Part shown: one piece after another, positions 48,995 to 53,363 of the stretch
Numbering within the stretch: position 1 is the stretch's first letter
How the letters are laid out: each line of letters starts with the position of its first letter
Assembly: GCA_023667435.1 (NCBI GenBank)
Contig: JAMPAB010000005.1
Location: 1 to 53,363, forward strand
DNA length: 53,363 bases
Direction of reading: 5' to 3'
From: Corallococcus sp.
GTDB lineage: Bacteria; Bacillota; Clostridia; Christensenellales; CAG-314
The notes under the pieces: model-generated
The model's database searches: none
What the model saw: the letters and a program-made list of their open reading frames with translations, nothing else
What the model was told of the DNA's origin: nothing
Made by a program: the position numbers and the translations under genes

Positions 48995-49990
48995 ATGAAC
49001 TTGATAAAAGACAAATACGTATATCTCGATATATTGGAAAAGCAAAAATACATAAAGCTGATAAAAGACAAGTTTGAAAGAGATCTGGCTCGCGAGTTAA
49101 ATCTTACGCGCGTTTCCGCGCCGCTGCTTGTAACTAAGGAAAGCGGCCTGCAGGACGATTTGAGCGGAACGGAAAGAAAAGTTGCCTTCGACGTACTTAA
49201 GGACGGCAAAGAGGTTGAAATTGTACAGTCTCTCGCAAAATGGAAGAGAACGGCTTTGAAAAAATATAATTTTGCCGTTCATAAAGGTTTATACGCGGAT
49301 ATGACCGCAATACGCCGCGACGATAAAATGGACGAGTTGCACTCTATTTACGTGGATCAATGGGACTGGGAAAAAGTAATTACCGAGACCGACCGAAACG
49401 AAACGTATTTAAAAAACACCGTCAAAAAAATCGTAAAGGCAATAAAAAGCACCAACGAATACGTAATTAAGAAAGGCTTCGACAAGGTAAGCATATGCGA
49501 CGACGTTTTTTTCGTCAACAGTCAGAAGCTGGCGGACATGTACCCCGACAGTTCCGCAAAAGTTCGGGAATATCTCGTGACCAAACGGTACAAAACAGTG
49601 TTCGTGACGCAAATAGGATATCCGTTAAAAGACGGCAAACCTCACGATTTGCGCGCGCCCGACTACGACGACTGGACGCTGAACGGAGATTTGCTGTTCT
49701 ACCACGAGGCATTGGATTGCGCATTGGAACTGTCCAGCATGGGAATACGCGTAAACAAAGAAACGCTGCTTAAACAGGTGGAGATTACCAAAAATTTTGA
49801 ACGCTTGTACTACGACTATCACAAAGCAATATTGTCCGACGCTCTTCCGCAGACAATCGGCGGAGGAATAGGTCAAAGCAGACTGTGTATGTTGCTTTTG
49901 GGACGGGCGCATATAGGGGAAGTTCAATCTTCCTACTGGGACGAACAAACTACGGAAGAATGTCTTAAAGCGGGAATAGAATTGCTGTAA
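48995..49990 (+). CDS. asnA: Aspartate--ammonia ligase
   Basis: QSLAKWKR, HSIYVDQWDWE, RAPDYDDW and TIGGGIGQSR motifs. Confidence 0.96.
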   Translation: MNLIKDKYVYLDILEKQKYIKLIKDKFERDLARELNLTRVSAPLLVTKESGLQDDLSGTERKVAFDVLKDGKEVEIVQSLAKWKRTALKKYNFAVHKGLYADMTAIRRDDKMDELHSIYVDQWDWEKVITETDRNETYLKNTVKKIVKAIKSTNEYVIKKGFDKVSICDDVFFVNSQKLADMYPDSSAKVREYLVTKRYKTVFVTQIGYPLKDGKPHDLRAPDYDDWTLNGDLLFYHEALDCALELSSMGIRVNKETLLKQVEITKNFERLYYDYHKAILSDALPQTIGGGIGQSRLCMLLLGRAHIGEVQSSYWDEQTTEECLKAGIELL

Positions 49991-50143
49991 ACCGTAACGG
50001 GCAGCCGCGACAAATTCAAAACCGCCGAACGCAGACGGACGCGTAAAACCTCTTTCGTTCGTACGGAATACTGCAAAAATACGCGGTTTTCGGCATGGCG
50101 GAATCGACGTTCTTTATCGTTCGGAAATCATCGGGGTGACACT

Positions 50144-51046
50144 GTGGCTATTTTATCGGAATCGAACTGGCTGGAAAACAAGTTGAAGGAAGCTTTAATA
50201 AAAAACGGCATCCAGTTCGAAGAACAAAAACGGATATACGAAAAGGGCGACCACTTTCACCCTAAATACGTCGTCGATTTCTATCTTACAAACGGAGCTA
50301 ACGATTTGATAGTGGAATGCGACGGTTTTTCTTTCCATTCCAGCGACAAAGACGTTGCATACGGCATAGAGCGCGACCGATGGCTGAAAAGTCGCGGTTA
50401 CAAAAATATAATTCACTTCACTTCCAACCAAATAAAATACGAGTCGGATACCGTTCTTGCGGTAATCAAAAACAAACTGGGAATTGCGAAAGCGGACGCA
50501 AACGAAACGAAATTCAGAGGAAAAACGCGAAGAACAAAACCCGTTATCAACATAAAGAACGCAAACTTACACGACGTGGAATTGTTTTATCAATTCATAG
50601 CCGACGGCGACAAAGTTTACGTTGCGTATAAATTCAGAGACAACACGTTACGCAAAGCAAGCGAGGAACGCATCGTAAACGTCTGCAACGCGCCGACCGA
50701 ACGCGCGGGAGACGTTGCTCTGTTAGCGGCGCTAAAAGACTTGAAAAAATCCGTGACGCTTACCGTATACTGCCATTCCGAATGGCTTACGAATTACTTT
50801 AACGGCGTTATCTTACGCAGCAATGCGGCACCGTTATTGACAAAGTTAAACGACATACTGAGAAGTCACAACTATATCTTCAAATATTTAAATACGACGC
50901 GCGCCGCCGACTACTATTTCGATCCGCAGGACGAACGCTTAATTTGCCGCGAACTGTATAGCAGATGCCGACAGCAGCGTTATACCGACAAAACAAACGA
51001 CTTCATCGATTACAATTTGCTGATTGCAGACGGCGAGACGCAATAA
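50144..51046 (+). CDS. DUF559/Vsr-like PD-(D/E)XK endonuclease domain fused to an RNase H-like domain
   Basis: N-terminal ESNWLE..FEEQ..YVVDF..LIVECDGFSFH..RDRWLKSRGY. C-terminal PTERAGDVALLAALKDLKKSVTLTVYCHSEWL resembles RNase HI TNNRMELxA..ALxxL...VxxxTDSxY. Confidence 0.75.
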   Translation: MAILSESNWLENKLKEALIKNGIQFEEQKRIYEKGDHFHPKYVVDFYLTNGANDLIVECDGFSFHSSDKDVAYGIERDRWLKSRGYKNIIHFTSNQIKYESDTVLAVIKNKLGIAKADANETKFRGKTRRTKPVINIKNANLHDVELFYQFIADGDKVYVAYKFRDNTLRKASEERIVNVCNAPTERAGDVALLAALKDLKKSVTLTVYCHSEWLTNYFNGVILRSNAAPLLTKLNDILRSHNYIFKYLNTTRAADYYFDPQDERLICRELYSRCRQQRYTDKTNDFIDYNLLIADGETQ

Positions 51047-51231
51047 ACATTTAACGTTTTCTTTATAACCGCGCATTAGCGTCGTTACGCAAGTCATTAC
51101 CGAGCAGACGCGCTCGTCGTCGTTTGCGACAGCAATCGAATTTTAGATTTTTTTCGTAAAACATTCGACAACTGCGGCCAGCTTATCGCGCGTATAACTT
51201 AATCGCTTTTCGGTAATTTTCTTTGTAACAG

Positions 51232-51272
51232 AAAAGATAATGCGGACTGTTCTAAAACAGACCGCATTATTT
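51232..51272. terminator. Bidirectional terminator between convergent genes
   Basis: ATAATGCGG.CTGTT/AACAG.CCGCATTAT stem. Confidence 0.65.
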
Positions 51273-51290
51273 ACGTTATTCGACGTACGA

Positions 51291-52835
51291 CTAAAACGAA
51301 TAATTACCCGTTAAAATTTTTGCGCCTATAACGGTCATTGAAATTCCGTCGGCGGAATTGAGATTGCTTAAAATTACTACGCCTTTTTGTCCGTCCTTAG
51401 TAAAGCCCGCATAACTGTTAAAATCGGTCGTCGAGCCGTTGTGCCATACGATACCGTTTTTGTCGTCCAACATCCACGTCATACCGACCGCGTCCGTTCG
51501 TATATTCAGTTTTTCATACGCTTCATTACTTACGTCTATATCCTTGATTGCGGTATACGTATCCGACGCGTACGCGAGCCTGTCGGTCATATATACGTTT
51601 AGATAATTCGCCATATCCTCGATATTAGAAACAATCGCGCCTGCGGGAACGTACCCGTCGTCGTTTTTCCACTTCCAGTATTTATCGAGATTTCCGCTTT
51701 GCGCCGCAACGCGCGTACTTGCGAGATTTAATTCGTTTTTTATATAATCGTTCATCAGATTTATAAAGTTATCGTTATAGATTTTTTCCAGCGCCAAACC
51801 GACGACGGATATTCCGAAGTTAGAGTAAACAAATGGATAATCTTTATCTTCCAAAGAAATGTTTTTTACTTTATTTAAAATTTGCGTCTTGCTTATTCCG
51901 TAAAAGTCGTTTGAAATTTGCGCGAATTTGTTGCCTATCATCGTATTTTCGAAATAATACGGCGCATAGCCCGAAGTGTGCGTTAAAAGCCTTTCAACGG
52001 TTGGATAATATTTGTCGCCGTCCAAATTCAAATATTTTGAAACGCTATCCGACAGATTTAGTTTACCTTCGTTCACCGCCTTTGCGCACAGTAAGCCGAC
52101 AAAGGTTTTGCTGACGGAACCTATTTCGTAGTCATAAAGAGCATTTTCTTCTCCGCCCGAGCCGTAAGTACGGTAGGTTATGTTTCCGTTTTCTATTACG
52201 GCAATGCTTATTTTTGCGTTTTTATTCGAACAGTCGTAATTTATCATATCCGAAACGGACATTCCGTCAAGATTGACGAGTCTGCTTTGCGCGTAAATTG
52301 CCGCGCCGCCCAAACAGCAGGCGACTGTAAATATAAAAGCTAAAACTACAGACAAAACGGCGACAACGCTTTTTCTTTTTACATTAGCGGACGATTCGGA
52401 CAACAATGCGTTTTTTACCGAAATAAGTATATGCGCAACCGCAAATATAACGGCAGAAACAACCAGCGGAATACTCGCAATCATTATCCCCGAAAACAGA
52501 AAAACAAAAGAAGGAATCACGGAGAGCAATAACGCTTTTACAATACCCGATTTTTTCCACAGTACGCCCCATATCGCGCAATATGCGAGTACGAGAACGG
52601 CGTTTACGACAATGTACGTAATTTCGGCATACGAAAAATAAAAACCCATATACGTATACGGAACGTTGAAAATCATAAACGCCATACAGGCGTATCTGCC
52701 TATCTGTTCGAAAATTTCCGCCGCTTTATTACGATACGTATTTTGATACCCGTTAGGATTTTTTATGGCAAAAATTATGTTCGGTATCATAATAACCGCA
52801 ACGTAAATAAGCCCGTAATAATTAAACCAGCTCAT
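51291..52835 (-). CDS. Serine hydrolase (beta-lactamase class C/AmpH-like) with an N-terminal multi-TM domain
   Basis: GSVSK (SxxK), LLTHTSG, YSN and WHNG motifs, preceded by about 6 TM helices. Start set at ATG 52835. Confidence 0.88.
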   Translation of the reverse strand: MSWFNYYGLIYVAVIMIPNIIFAIKNPNGYQNTYRNKAAEIFEQIGRYACMAFMIFNVPYTYMGFYFSYAEITYIVVNAVLVLAYCAIWGVLWKKSGIVKALLLSVIPSFVFLFSGIMIASIPLVVSAVIFAVAHILISVKNALLSESSANVKRKSVVAVLSVVLAFIFTVACCLGGAAIYAQSRLVNLDGMSVSDMINYDCSNKNAKISIAVIENGNITYRTYGSGGEENALYDYEIGSVSKTFVGLLCAKAVNEGKLNLSDSVSKYLNLDGDKYYPTVERLLTHTSGYAPYYFENTMIGNKFAQISNDFYGISKTQILNKVKNISLEDKDYPFVYSNFGISVVGLALEKIYNDNFINLMNDYIKNELNLASTRVAAQSGNLDKYWKWKNDDGYVPAGAIVSNIEDMANYLNVYMTDRLAYASDTYTAIKDIDVSNEAYEKLNIRTDAVGMTWMLDDKNGIVWHNGSTTDFNSYAGFTKDGQKGVVILSNLNSADGISMTVIGAKILTGNYSF

Positions 52836-53093
52836 AGAAAATGTCCCCTTATATAGCAAATCGGATTTTCGCCCGATCCGCTATCGGCGAGTATTTGTCA
52901 ACGCACGAACAGCAATAAAAAATTGCCGCGATAAACGACAACAACGGATTCTCGCAACTTTACGTTTGAATAAATTATATCAAAGCCGATTGATTTATGC
53001 AACAGAATAGCAGAGACCCTTTCGGACATTGCACGAACCGACTTTTACACTGTCTTGCAATTTTGCCTTGTTCTTATAATATTCTTCTCGGTT

Positions 53094-53280
53094 GTGGTAT
53101 TTGCAATTCCTTTTCGTATGTGCTAAACTATTGCTATCATTAAATGATTCTTTCATTTTTTGTCCTCCGTTTGTGTTTTAGTTGACTGGCAGGTCATACT
53201 TATTATACACAAACGGAGTTTTTCTGTCCGTTTCATCGGTTGAACCTTTTCTGAACCACGCGACTATCGCGAGGTTTTCA
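53094..53280 (-). mobile_element. tnpA: IS200/IS605-family left-end remnant with the first 21 codons of tnpA
   Basis: MKESFNDSNSLAHTKRNCKYH matches the TnpA N-terminus (SLAHTxWNCKYH). Subterminal hairpin at 53254-53276. A 12-bp stem (53165-53176/53207-53218) covers the SD. Confidence 0.8.
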
Positions 53281-53308
53281 AATACAAAAAAAATAAGCAT
53301 ACCGTTTC

Positions 53309-53363
53309 TGCTATGAACCCCAAAAGTTGGACAGATAAATAACTAAATTGCTTGTGAATGAGT
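53309..53363 (-). mobile_element. End of an IS3 (IS150-like) element running off the window
   Basis: TGCTATGAACCCCAAAAGTTGGACA resembles IS150-group terminal inverted repeats (TG...CCCC AAAAGTTGGACA). A minus-strand frame ends THSQAI* just inside it. Confidence 0.7.

Overview
A 53 kb chromosomal window from a spore-forming Bacillota, most likely an uncultured Clostridia-type organism (inferred from spoIIE, spmAB, Firmicutes-type gyrB and SD motifs). The housekeeping genes are metG-tatD-radical SAM, queH, argS, gyrBA, recF, asnA, a stand-alone GlmU acetyltransferase domain and a heterodimeric ABC exporter. The accessory content is: (1) a co-oriented cluster of a 74-aa coiled-coil gene, a 5333-aa repeat-rich surface protein, a membrane protein with a duplicated uncharacterised basic domain, and a REC/HD-GYP/GGDEF c-di-GMP enzyme; (2) a non-coding array of three two-hairpin units with conserved boxes and fixed-length variable segments (31.2-31.6 kb), next to a divergent cI/cro-like HTH pair; part of this region recurs upstream of the ABC exporter, where a 28-codon leader ORF and a terminator also sit; (3) a DUF559-like nuclease fused to a degenerate RNase H-like domain; (4) a highly structured ~390-nt intergenic element; (5) IS200 and IS3 remnants at the right edge. 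I saw no rRNA, tRNA or CRISPR array. All calls come from motif recognition by eye; no searches were run.
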